64,000 nucleotides of DNA, from the NCBI GenBank assembly GCA_027923505.1, contig BROI01000002.1, positions 2,356,001 through 2,420,000 on the forward strand, given 5' to 3'. Under the pieces are notes generated by a model. That model searched no databases and had not been told where the DNA came from. It saw nothing but the letters and a program-made list of their open reading frames with translations. Shown here one piece after another: positions 9,652 to 20,100 of this stretch (within the stretch, counting starts at the first letter, position 1; every line of letters starts with the position of its first letter). The stretch is from Mayamaea pseudoterrestris (lineage: Eukaryota). The position numbers were made by a program, and so were the translations under genes.

Positions 9652-10988
9652 TCCTGCGGATCTGGAGGCAGGGAACAAGCAGGAGGCAAATGCACATAGT
9701 GAATGCACTATACACTATCCAGATGTGTCCTTGGATCATACCCAAAGCCAGTTTACAAAGAGGTTATGGGGATCTGATGTTTGCCACTGCTAGGTTAGGC
9801 AGTCACATAGTACCTGCCAACAAACGCTGCTGACCTGAAGGCAAAAGGCAAGCAGGAGGCTGATGCACAAACCAAATTCACCAAGGAGGTAGGTCTTGTG
9901 CCCTTGGAGCATGCACAGTGGCTGTACGCATAGAGTTTGTGGGCACTTCATGTTTGCCACTGCTAGGTTGGTGTTTGGCAGTTGGGTAGCACATACCAGC
10001 AACTCCTGCGGATCTGGAGGCAGGCAACAAGCAGGAGGCAAATGCACATAGTGAATGCACTATACACTATCCATTTGTGACCTGGGATCATGCCCCAAGC
10101 CAGTTTACAAAGAGGTTGTGGGGATCTGATGTTTGCCACTGCTAGCATAGGCAGTCACATAGTACCTACCAACAGAAGCTGCTCACCTGAAGGAAAAAGG
10201 CAAACAGGATGCTGATGCGCAAACCCAATTCACCAAGGAGGTATGTCTTGTGCCTTTGGATCATGCACAGTGGCTGTATGCATATAGTGTGTGGGCACTT
10301 CATGTTTGCCACTGCTAGGTTGGTGTTTGGCAGTTGGGTAGTAGAAACCAGCAACTCCTGCGGATCTGGAGGGAGGCAACAAGCAGGAGACAAATGCACA
10401 TAATGAATGCAATATACACTATCCATTTGTGACCTTGGATCATGCCCCAAGCCAGTTTAAAAAGAGGTTGTGGGGATCTGATGTTTGCCACTGCTAGGTT
10501 AGGCAGTCACATAGTACCTGCCAACAGAAGCTGCTGACCTGAAGCAAAAAGGCAAGCAGGAGGCTGATGCGCAAACAAAATTCACCAAGGAGGTATGTCT
10601 TGTGCCCTTAAATCATGCACAGTGGCTGTACACATAGAGTTTGTGGGCACTTTATGTTTGCCACTGCTAGGTTGGTGTTCGGCAGTTGGGTAGTACATAC
10701 CAGCATTCCTGCGGATCTGGAGGCAGGCGACAAGCAGGAGGCAAATGCACATAGTGATGCACTATACACTATCCATTTGTAACCTTGGATCATGCCTTAA
10801 GCCAGTTTACAAAGAGGTTGTGGGGATCTGATGTATGTTTGCCACTGCTAGGATAGGCAGTCACATAGTACCTACCAACAGACGCTGCTGATCTGAAGGC
10901 AAAAGGCAAGCAGGAGGCTGATGCGCCAACCAAATTCACCAAGGAGGTATGTCTTGATCCCTTGGATCATGCACAGTGACTGTACGCA
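9652..10988. repeat. Tandem array, ~352-bp unit, ~3.8 copies
   Basis: CCTGCGGATCTGGAGG recurs at ~9653, 10006, 10356 and 10708. Each unit has two copies of TGTTTGCCACTGCTAG. The array is CpG-poor and TG/CA-rich. Confidence 0.95.
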
Positions 10989-11462
10989 ATACAAGTGATG
11001 GTACGGCTCGCCCCAGTTGACCGTGCCAAGACTTTCAAGATGACGGGTACTTGGTACATAATGCCGTGAGATAGCAATCATCTTTTGGCTATATGATACA
11101 ATGTGATCCCAGATTAAATGTTTTCATTTATTATTGTGTAGGCTACAATTCGTATTGCAACTGCAAACACTACTCCAGCAGGAAAGTCTCAGTTCCATGA
11201 CGAGTTGGAGAATGGAGATGAGTTGAAAAAGTTTCAGGCGTGGTATTTGCAGAAGATATGACAAATATTCCTGGACTAAATGACTTTCTTGAACTAACAC
11301 TTCTCGATGGCATGGAGGGACAGCTTCTTAAGTGGAAACTGCAGGATCTTATGTACAATCGCCAAGAAAGGTCGGACTAAACGCTTTCTTGCCTTCACCT
11401 ACTGGTAGGACAGATAAACCTGATGAGTCCATTGGAATCAGAGAGTTTTAAAACTATTCCGG

Positions 11463-14400
11463 CTACTTTCCGCAGATGGAAGCCGTTGCAAATGAAAATA
11501 ACGCGTGCAGTGATTCCGAAAGGCTTGGGCACGCTATAGAGTCAACCTCAAGTTCCGACGAATGAAATAGCTCCTCAGTGCTCAACCCGCCTAACCTCTG
11601 TCGTTCTTTCTCTTGGAGCATCTTCTTTCCCGTCGTCTCTTGCAGTCGAGTGTGCTGCAACAATTTAATTTTGGTAGCAAATGACATGAATCCGTCATAA
11701 AGTTCTCGAGCACACGCCAACTCACCCTCACGAAATAAGTAGAAAATGCTCTCTTCAATTATATCTCTTGACTTCTCATCGACGCATGTAGAATGTAAAG
11801 TGTTCACCAGGCCTTTCAATTCTTGTTCACTGCCTGGCTGTACTCTCGCTGACCTGCCGCGCGTCTTCTTCTTCCCACGGTCTCTCTTTTTCCCACTCTG
11901 GTCATTGTATTTGCTTTTATGACGAGTAGCTTCCTCGCTTCCAGTTAAACTGAAAGAGGTTGTCGAATTGATAGATATAATGCTGGACAGAGACCCGATG
12001 CTTTCGCCACTAGCAACGCTTGTCATACTTAGATTGGATGCGTTGGAGGCAGTCGAAAAGAGAGAATTTGTGTCATCGGCATCAGCCTCGGCTGTGGCGT
12101 CTCCCTCGCCCAGTGCAGACTCTTTCCGCAGTTTCAGTACCTGTGTATATCGTACAAGAGTCTCGCCAAAAATTTCACCTTGATCCTCGAGATCGGCAAC
12201 TGTCGTTTTCGCAAAACTTACAGCCGCGTCAACGCACCGTCGAGTCAAATCAGCTCGGCCTCCAAGCGCGGCTAATCGCCCCGCCTCGCTCCACATCTCG
12301 CCTTGTATCAAAATATCGACGGCAAGCATTGTGTCCTGCCCGTACTGCAATGCGATTGTGGCCGCATCGGCCAACAATTCTCGCCTCCGCTCGTTACCAG
12401 CAGACGCAGATGCGAATTCATCCGCTATCTCATGGGCCATTATCTGCAAACGTGAAACATCGGTCTCCTTTAACATAGCATTTTGTCTCGAGATTATCTG
12501 AAAAAAGCTTTTCCAGTCCCTGCATAGCCTGGCCGTTGTTTTACAGCGATCATAATCACACGGATCTGTGTTCATGAAGATGGCGAGGGCAGCTGTAAAT
12601 TTCTTCTGTTGAACAAGGTAATCGCCAAGCGAAACCAAAATTTCTGATTTATATTTTTTATCTTTGAAAAGTTCCAACGCGACACCATACATGTGGTGCT
12701 CCTTTATAAGCGTCATACATTGCGGAAAATCGTTTCCGACGGAGGGCGAATCAGCCACGTCGTCGACATGAGCCCTATCAAGGCATTCTCCCTCTGCAGC
12801 AGAAATAGAGAGACTTTTTAAGGCCTGTTCATACCGTTGCAGGCGAAAGTCGACCTCAAATTTGGCATAGTGCTTTGGCAACTCGTTGTAGCGCTTGAGG
12901 AGCGGTAGATACTCTTTCGGGTCCATTTGTGAGTTTCGAGCAATAGCTCGAGCCATATCAAAGTTGTACATACCCAAAGCGGTCTTGAAGAGGATCTCAT
13001 AGTCTGCAAGAAACGCGAGATACTGGATCGCCGACTGTGCAGCCTCCCCGAACAATGGAGGCGTGTTCGACGATGGGTGGCTAATCGACGTAACGCGTTC
13101 ACAAATAAGATTAAGTGCGTCGCTGAGCTTTGGCGGATCTTCCTTTGCAAACGTCGAGAGTATTGGCAAGAGATAATAACCCTTGTGAATAGACTTTCCA
13201 CTCAGTGTTTGACCGCTCAGCTCCGCGTCGATCATAAGTGAACGCAAACGTCGACAGCAACTAGTAACTTTTCCACGGAAGTCAAATGAATCGGTGTATC
13301 CTTCGTCAGGACCACGAAGCCAGTCAGGAATCAGAAATTGACCGCGCGTTGAATCGTAATTGCCGAGAGTCGAGATAAAAAGGTTTAAGTGGTCAACATT
13401 CTCCACTTGTGATAATAACTCTACAGCGCCTTCGCCCTCAAGAAAACGGGAAGGGTCCAAGTCGACAATCAGATTCAAATCGACCTTATGTGTTCGCATC
13501 ATCATGAACGCATTAAATAACTCTTTTTGTTTGATGCAGAATATTACAAACCTCAAAATAAGTGCTCTCGGGTATAGCCCTTCCAGATTGCCTCTTGGCA
13601 TCTGCACGACAGCTAGCGGGCGGTCGGGCACAATTGCGACAATGCGTGCGTCACGCTCGACATTTCGGGGCTCAAACCCAATAAGGCAGGTGTTGTCGTA
13701 GGAACCGAGGAGCGGGTCAAAGTTGCTAAGCTCTTCAAAAGCAAGAAAGCGAAGTTGGCATTGTGATCCAGACGACGCATAGCAAAGAAATCTTTGGTGT
13801 GTCGAAAGGCAAAATGATGACACTGCCTCCGCAAGCAAGATGTCATTACAGTAAAGGCGAGACTTTGATGACATGCCCACGACGAGCGTCTTGCTTTCGC
13901 TATGACACCTGTCATCATATCTGGAGCTATCGCGAAGACAAGATATCCACAAACATGGCTCGAGCAGAGGGTCTGCCAACGAATGTTCCAAGCACCATGC
14001 ACTCTCATTTGGTAGTCGTGAATAATTAAGTAAAGATCCATTTTCGAGCTCGATAAGTGCACTGTCCATTGTATCTAACCACGGAGCAATTGCTATGATT
14101 CGTCCATCTGTTTTTGTCGTTGTCTTTACCACTGATTTGCCCGCATCGTCACCCGAAACAGTAATTATAACGTTGACTATATATTCGTCCGTTTCGACAG
14201 TACCATGTGGAACAATTGCAGCAACAAAGGTTATTGTTGCTGCATTTTCTTCCACAACGCAACAGTGTCTTGCAAACTGAAGCGCTTCGTTAGGTTGCGT
14301 CACTACTCGCAGCACTGGCGGAGCAAACACATTCCGTTGCTTTCCAACGCGGCCAGCCTCCAGCACAGCCAAACTTCCATTGTTAAGTAGTACAAGACCC

Positions 14401-15671
14401 AGATAACTAAATTTCTCGTCACGAGATGGAATAAATTGTGCAATGGACTGTTCAAAAAGGTGTGCTGACACAAACATAGGAGGCGGCACAAGAGCCTTAC
14501 CGAGCGGCGTTATATTCAGTGCCTGACCATCAATTACGTAGGCCGAACAATCCGATGATGAATAATGAATAGTAGCTGCATCCCATCTGACATCGTATTC
14601 GACGAACGAATGATCTGGCTTAAAACTTACTGCTATGGTATATGGTTGATAAGGGTGAAACGCGGCTCGAACGACCTTTCTATCAGAAAACATCAAGTCC
14701 TTTTTCAGGTACCAATGATAGTTTGACCTGTGCCAGAGCTGCACCTTGTCGCAGTGCGCGCACCGGAGTACCACGGCAAGTAGATCCGAGTGCGAGTTCC
14801 AGTTCAGCTGTAAAACGACTGCATTTGTTGGATTCTCTCGCAAAGAAAATTCCCGATGCCTTAGCCCATTGGGTTCGAAGAATGCGACTTGCTGCGTTTT
14901 TGTGCCTTTTCGCTGTATCGATGCAAGTAATAGTGAGCAGCCAATACCTGCCCATGCCAATGGCGATTGTAAATTGGGCGCAAGCTTTCCACTTCCGTCC
15001 TCGATCCGTCCAATGGCGTAATACTGTAGCGTGTCGCGCTGATACATTCGGACTTTGCGTTGCTTATCGCATGCGTCGACATAGCTGACGGCCACCAAGG
15101 TCGAATCAGGCCTCCAAGCAATGGAAACACCACAGTCCACTTGCCTTTGTTCCGCGTCATTGCTCTGATGACACTGATGCAAGTGATCTTCGACTGGCAT
15201 TTCTTCTAGCACTTCAAACTGAGCATTCATGCTGATCAAGACTGACTTGAGCGATTGGGTTGCTGTGGCATTCTGTGCTTCAGTCATAGTCAAAAGCAGC
15301 AAAATTTCCGCGTCAGGACTCCATGCACCCGCGTGTATTCCATTCTCAAACTCTCCAACCAGTTCCGCCTTTCCGGTGCTCGGGTCCAGCGTCACTACAG
15401 CGCCATTCATATGATTCAACACGACCAACATGCCGTTGGCGTCAATTGCCGTCAAGTCGAACCACGAGTTTTTCAAATCTGGCTCAGAGCAGACATTATT
15501 GGCGTTAGTCGACCATTCTAGGCTGTCATCAATTCGCATCTTAGCCACAATGCCGTCGCTGGTGAGGATGACGCGACTGTCGTCGTCTGAGAAACAGACA
15601 TCGACAATCGCTCCACTGGCGTCGATGGGAGCGTGTCTCCATCTTTCTCCCTGCAAACTAAGGTTTTTCAT
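11463..15671 (-). CDS. ELP1: Elongator complex protein 1 (IKI3/IKAP), intronless
   Basis: Starts MKNL. Conserved motifs include AWSPDAE, FFEPNGLRHREF, WHRSNYHWYLKK, LVPPPM, VQMPRGNLEGLYPR and SQMDPKEYLPLL, with a basic C-terminal region. ~1400 aa. Confidence 0.95.
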   Translation of the reverse strand: MKNLSLQGERWRHAPIDASGAIVDVCFSDDDSRVILTSDGIVAKMRIDDSLEWSTNANNVCSEPDLKNSWFDLTAIDANGMLVVLNHMNGAVVTLDPSTGKAELVGEFENGIHAGAWSPDAEILLLLTMTEAQNATATQSLKSVLISMNAQFEVLEEMPVEDHLHQCHQSNDAEQRQVDCGVSIAWRPDSTLVAVSYVDACDKQRKVRMYQRDTLQYYAIGRIEDGSGKLAPNLQSPLAWAGIGCSLLLASIQRKGTKTQQVAFFEPNGLRHREFSLRENPTNAVVLQLNWNSHSDLLAVVLRCAHCDKVQLWHRSNYHWYLKKDLMFSDRKVVRAAFHPYQPYTIAVSFKPDHSFVEYDVRWDAATIHYSSSDCSAYVIDGQALNITPLGKALVPPPMFVSAHLFEQSIAQFIPSRDEKFSYLGLVLLNNGSLAVLEAGRVGKQRNVFAPPVLRVVTQPNEALQFARHCCVVEENAATITFVAAIVPHGTVETDEYIVNVIITVSGDDAGKSVVKTTTKTDGRIIAIAPWLDTMDSALIELENGSLLNYSRLPNESAWCLEHSLADPLLEPCLWISCLRDSSRYDDRCHSESKTLVVGMSSKSRLYCNDILLAEAVSSFCLSTHQRFLCYASSGSQCQLRFLAFEELSNFDPLLGSYDNTCLIGFEPRNVERDARIVAIVPDRPLAVVQMPRGNLEGLYPRALILRFVIFCIKQKELFNAFMMMRTHKVDLNLIVDLDPSRFLEGEGAVELLSQVENVDHLNLFISTLGNYDSTRGQFLIPDWLRGPDEGYTDSFDFRGKVTSCCRRLRSLMIDAELSGQTLSGKSIHKGYYLLPILSTFAKEDPPKLSDALNLICERVTSISHPSSNTPPLFGEAAQSAIQYLAFLADYEILFKTALGMYNFDMARAIARNSQMDPKEYLPLLKRYNELPKHYAKFEVDFRLQRYEQALKSLSISAAEGECLDRAHVDDVADSPSVGNDFPQCMTLIKEHHMYGVALELFKDKKYKSEILVSLGDYLVQQKKFTAALAIFMNTDPCDYDRCKTTARLCRDWKSFFQIISRQNAMLKETDVSRLQIMAHEIADEFASASAGNERRRELLADAATIALQYGQDTMLAVDILIQGEMWSEAGRLAALGGRADLTRRCVDAAVSFAKTTVADLEDQGEIFGETLVRYTQVLKLRKESALGEGDATAEADADDTNSLFSTASNASNLSMTSVASGESIGSLSSIISINSTTSFSLTGSEEATRHKSKYNDQSGKKRDRGKKKTRGRSARVQPGSEQELKGLVNTLHSTCVDEKSRDIIEESIFYLFREGELACARELYDGFMSFATKIKLLQHTRLQETTGKKMLQEKERQRLGGLSTEELFHSSELEVDSIACPSLSESLHALFSFATASICGK

Positions 15672-15943
15672 GTCGTCCAATACAATGAGTTTTGTAAATC
15701 ACACCTCTAAATTGTGCTGAGCGGGATTAACGCAGGATCTTGGACGTCCAAATCCAAAGAAAAATGATGTCGGCCCCATGCAACGAATGGACCATGGCAT
15801 GTGTCTCACCAGGACCGGATCTTTCTGAAAGATCGCAGTCGATTTAATACCCGTACGACATCAGCCATTCACCTGCCATTCTGCGACCCTCGTCGATATT
15901 GAGCAGCACTCCTTCGTTGACATTCTCTCCTAAGATAGCTGCG

Positions 15944-16864
15944 ATGCTACCACGGCTTTCATTTATAGTTTCTCTCAGTCTCTTTTGCAATAAACAGTGC
16001 TCACGAGTATTTTCCTTCGCTTTCACCATCAACAACGCTAGCACTTGTTCTTCTCAGTCAACCACGACAAGCACCATGAGCATGTATCCAGAATTATGCG
16101 TCTTTGACCTTGATGCGTGCTTTTGGGATCAGGAGATGTACGAGATGAGCGAAATGCCATCGACAAAAGTCATGGGAGACTTGAATGGACGAGGCAAAGG
16201 AGTGCTTAGTGTCATGTCTGGTAGACATCAAATAAGCATGCACATGGGCAGCCTGCTCGCTCTGCAGAACCATGCCGATGGCATGTATGGAGGCATGAGA
16301 GTGGCGTTCGCGTCTTCGGCTGATACACCGTTTGCGGTAAAGGTCGGCCGCGCTTCGCTCAAAATGTTGGTAAGTGTCAGCTGGATCGCGACAATGAAAC
16401 GCTATTGACATAGGCCATCGGCATCATTGACCCATTTGAATGACAGGAAGTTCTCCCAGGACTGACCGTCTGGGATCTGGTATGTGGACGTGATTGGGAA
16501 GGCCGGGACGTGAATCAAATTGGTCGTCAACCGCCACTATCGTCCAACAAGGCCAAGACGCACTTTCCGTTTCTAAAAGAGGCGACTAGAATTCGCTATG
16601 ATCGCATGGTACGTCACAGTCATTTTGTGGCGATTGTCTGTTATGATTGATAACTTCTCAATTGTATTTCTTCAGCTCTTTTTTGATGATTGCAATTGGG
16701 GAGACCACTGTGGAATGGTGCAAGCCGCATGTCGAGAACCTGACACTGACACCGGGCCTGCTGTCGTTCGGACTCCGACTGGACTTTCAGTTGCCAAGTG
16801 GGGGGAAGGTTTGGCAACGTATGCAAAGCAGGCCAAGCAGTTAGCCATGATCAAACACATGTAG
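15944..16864 (+). CDS. Magnesium-dependent phosphatase-1-like HAD phosphatase; introns 16370-16446 and 16609-16675; start at 15944 or 16076
   Basis: HAD motif I CVFDLDACFW, ASS motif, KTHF and motif IV MLFFDD are joined in frame by two GT-AG introns. Confidence 0.8.
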
Positions 16865-17123
16865 CAGTTAAGTTTGGTTTCCTCGTGCAATACAAACATG
16901 CCAATACACTCTACGACCAGCTCGAGCAGCTTCCTCGCCCGAGAAGAAGGAGTAGTACTTGTACGATGACGTAACAACTAATATTGTCACAGAAGTAACG
17001 ATGCGACACGTATGGTAGATGCGTCTTTCGGACGAGCGAACAATCCGGCATCCTCATGTTCTTGAAACCGTGTGACGTAAAGTCTCCTCAAGCTTCGTAG
17101 ATTTCTATGAAATTCTTCTCAAC

Positions 17124-20100
17124 ATGGCAAAGAAGGCTCTGTTCGATGTCTTGGAGCGGACCATTGGAAAATACGTTGTAAATCTCGATGCAGAGTCGCT
17201 AAACGTTGCAGTGTGGAGCGGCAAGATTGAATTGCACTCGCTCGAGCTAAACATACAAGCCGTCAATGAGGAAATTAGTCGACGCGCTATTGAGGCTCCA
17301 AATTTAGCTTTACCTCTCCGTGTCACATCTGGACATTTTACTTCGTTTCAAGTTGACGTTCCATGGGCAAACTTGACAAGCAAACCTGTGGTTTTAAGGG
17401 CGCAAGGATTGAGTGTGTCGCTAGAACCGTTTAATCACCTTGCTACCACTGATATACTTGACCAACACGAAGACGAAACTACCAAGATGACTCAGATACA
17501 GTCCCAGCGAGACAAGTCATTACAAGTCGCCGAAATCTATCGACAGCAGGCAGTGGCCTTGCAGAAACTGGCAGAACAGGACCTGGAGGGCGATGGGAAC
17601 AAGAAATCCACCTTTGGAGCTCGGCTCGTTCGTCGCCTTTTGGAAAATGTCCAAATTGAAGTGAAGGATGTTCATCTGTCAATCAATGGGGCTGGATGCT
17701 CGGCTGGTGTCATACTTGACTTCTTCCAGTTGGTGACGACGGACATGCTTGGCCATCGCACATTCGTGGACCGCACGGCCGGACGAAACAAAAACACCTC
17801 GTTTCTGCACAAGGCTTTGGAAATTCGTGGACTGGGAATATACATGGACGAGGATGTCGTTAGTGGTTGCGCCATGCCGTCGATTATTGAGGAAGAGGGC
17901 GCTTCTCGGCACTCGTATATTCTTGCGCCGCTTTCGTTTGAAACGAAGCTACGACAGGCTGACGCGACGGTTTGTCGTGATTACCCAAAGTACTATTTGG
18001 AAAGTGAAGTGCATGGACTTTCAATCGTCTTATCAAAATTGCAATTAGAGCTTCTTCGGAAAACCAAAAACCTACTTCAACAGCCAGTTGGACAGCTGAG
18101 CCCGATGTTCCCAGAATACCGCCCACTCTTACGACCATTACAAGGTGTATCGGCGCGCGATTGGTGGCGTTATGCATATCGTTCTATTGGTCGTCTTAAT
18201 GGGAAGCGCGCTTGGATGCATTTTTACCAAGTGTTTAAGCTCCGCAAACGTTATATAGATTTGTATAAGCGCAAAATGTTTACAGTCACTTGTCCTTGGT
18301 TGACGCCGCTAACTCCGCAAGAAGTTGACGAGATGCAACAAATTGAACATGATCGAACAATTTCTGTGGATGGCATTATGACGTGGAGAACCATTGCCAC
18401 GGGTCAACTTGACAAAGAACGCACCAGATACCAATCAGTCACGGGCGCATCTACAACTTCCAGGGGTAGTGTGTTCAAGTCTCTGTTCGGTCCGCCGTCG
18501 GCGCCCGTTTCACTTGGAACTGAAAAATTAGATACACCGCCCATTACACTTTCTACTGATGAGTTACAGCAGTTGGAAACTATATCAATGGAAAGGGTGG
18601 CAGACAATGAACTGTCGTTGGACTCGCGTCTTTGCGACATCAAGTTCGTTCTTGGCTCGCTTGACCTTCAGTTAACTACATATGATAAACGTCCTTTGAC
18701 GGGCTTGATCATGGGAACGGTTACTGCATCCTTTTGTGCCAATGTTGATGGGTCCTACGTAATGGAATGCTCCATGACGAGGTTAGTGATAATAGACAGA
18801 GTGACTCCGCAAAGCATTTTTCCAAATATCCTTCAAAACCAGAGAACATCGGGCGGGATTGACGATGAAAAAAATTATGCCTTTCGTGCTCATGTATCGA
18901 GATTAAAGGCAGGTGATCAAGTCGTTAAGCTCTGGCTGGGCAAATTTGAAGCTGTGGCATCGCCCAAACTGATCGTCGAAGTTAAGCACTTCCTTGCCGA
19001 GGATGGCGCAGCCGCGAGACTTAGTGGCATTGCTCAGAATCCTGTGCTCGCACAGTCGATGTCAGGTTCCGTCGATATCTTTTATGATGCCAGCGAGGGT
19101 GAAGACATGCCATCGCCGCCAAGTGCGTTTGACAAACAAACTGGTTCGGTCGCATCGGCCATCTTTGACCCATCGCAAACATTAATAGCTGCCTGGAAGT
19201 CTAAAACAGATAGAAAAGCTGCGTGGATGGTCGACCTCGATATTCAAGCGCCAATTGTCGTTGTGCCCGAGAGTTGCACGGATTTGCAAGCGGGTATTCT
19301 GCTGTTTAACCTTGGTCGATTTCAGATTAGCTATGGAAAAGGTGGCAAAGAAATTGCTGGGACTAGAAAAGTTTATCAGTGGTTTCTTGACAATCCGCGC
19401 ATCCCTTTGGTGGCGGATGTCGTTTTGGAACACGGGGCGTTGTGTGTCGACAATCTGACTTTTGCAATTGGTCAAGCACACCAGCTGCAGTCTCTACTGG
19501 CAGCCGACGGCCCTAACGCTGACTCCATTTCTGCTTCGGCGATATATGAACCCATGAGTCTTGAGACTGCATTTGCGGTGGAATCCAGTGGGTGCGACTT
19601 GACTCCGCGCTTTTGTCTGTACGGCGTCATCCCAGCGATTGGTGTAAATATTTCTCCTGTCCTTTTGCATGCCGTAATATCAGTATTGAAGGCCTGGAAA
19701 AATATAGGAAGTTTTGGGGAAGGTACTGCTCTTATCGAACCCCCGCCTGTCTTGGATCGACTGATGGACGATTTGAGATACACTGTTCCAAAAAACTACG
19801 AAGATACAACAGAGATACGAGATGTGTTTACATCCTTTTACGTTGATGTGAACCTCCAGAGACTGTCCGTCAGTTTAAAAGCCGATAATGGGGGAGATGG
19901 TATCGAAGCCCACCTAATTTCAGTTTCAGCATCGCTAGCTAGTAAATCCGACACAAGTTCACTGTCCAGGCTGACTATGGGCTGGTTCTGGATTGTTGAT
20001 CGACTTGATTACGATTTTCAGCGGTGTCAGCGGCTCCTGGTCCACTCGCAGCTTCCACTGGATGCAGATGGCTTGGCTGGTCGACACCACCAGATTTTAA

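Noticed and set aside
9790..11081. Short Cys/His-rich ORFs inside the 352-bp array
   Set aside because: They are by-products of TG/CA-rich repeats; frames and stops differ between copies.
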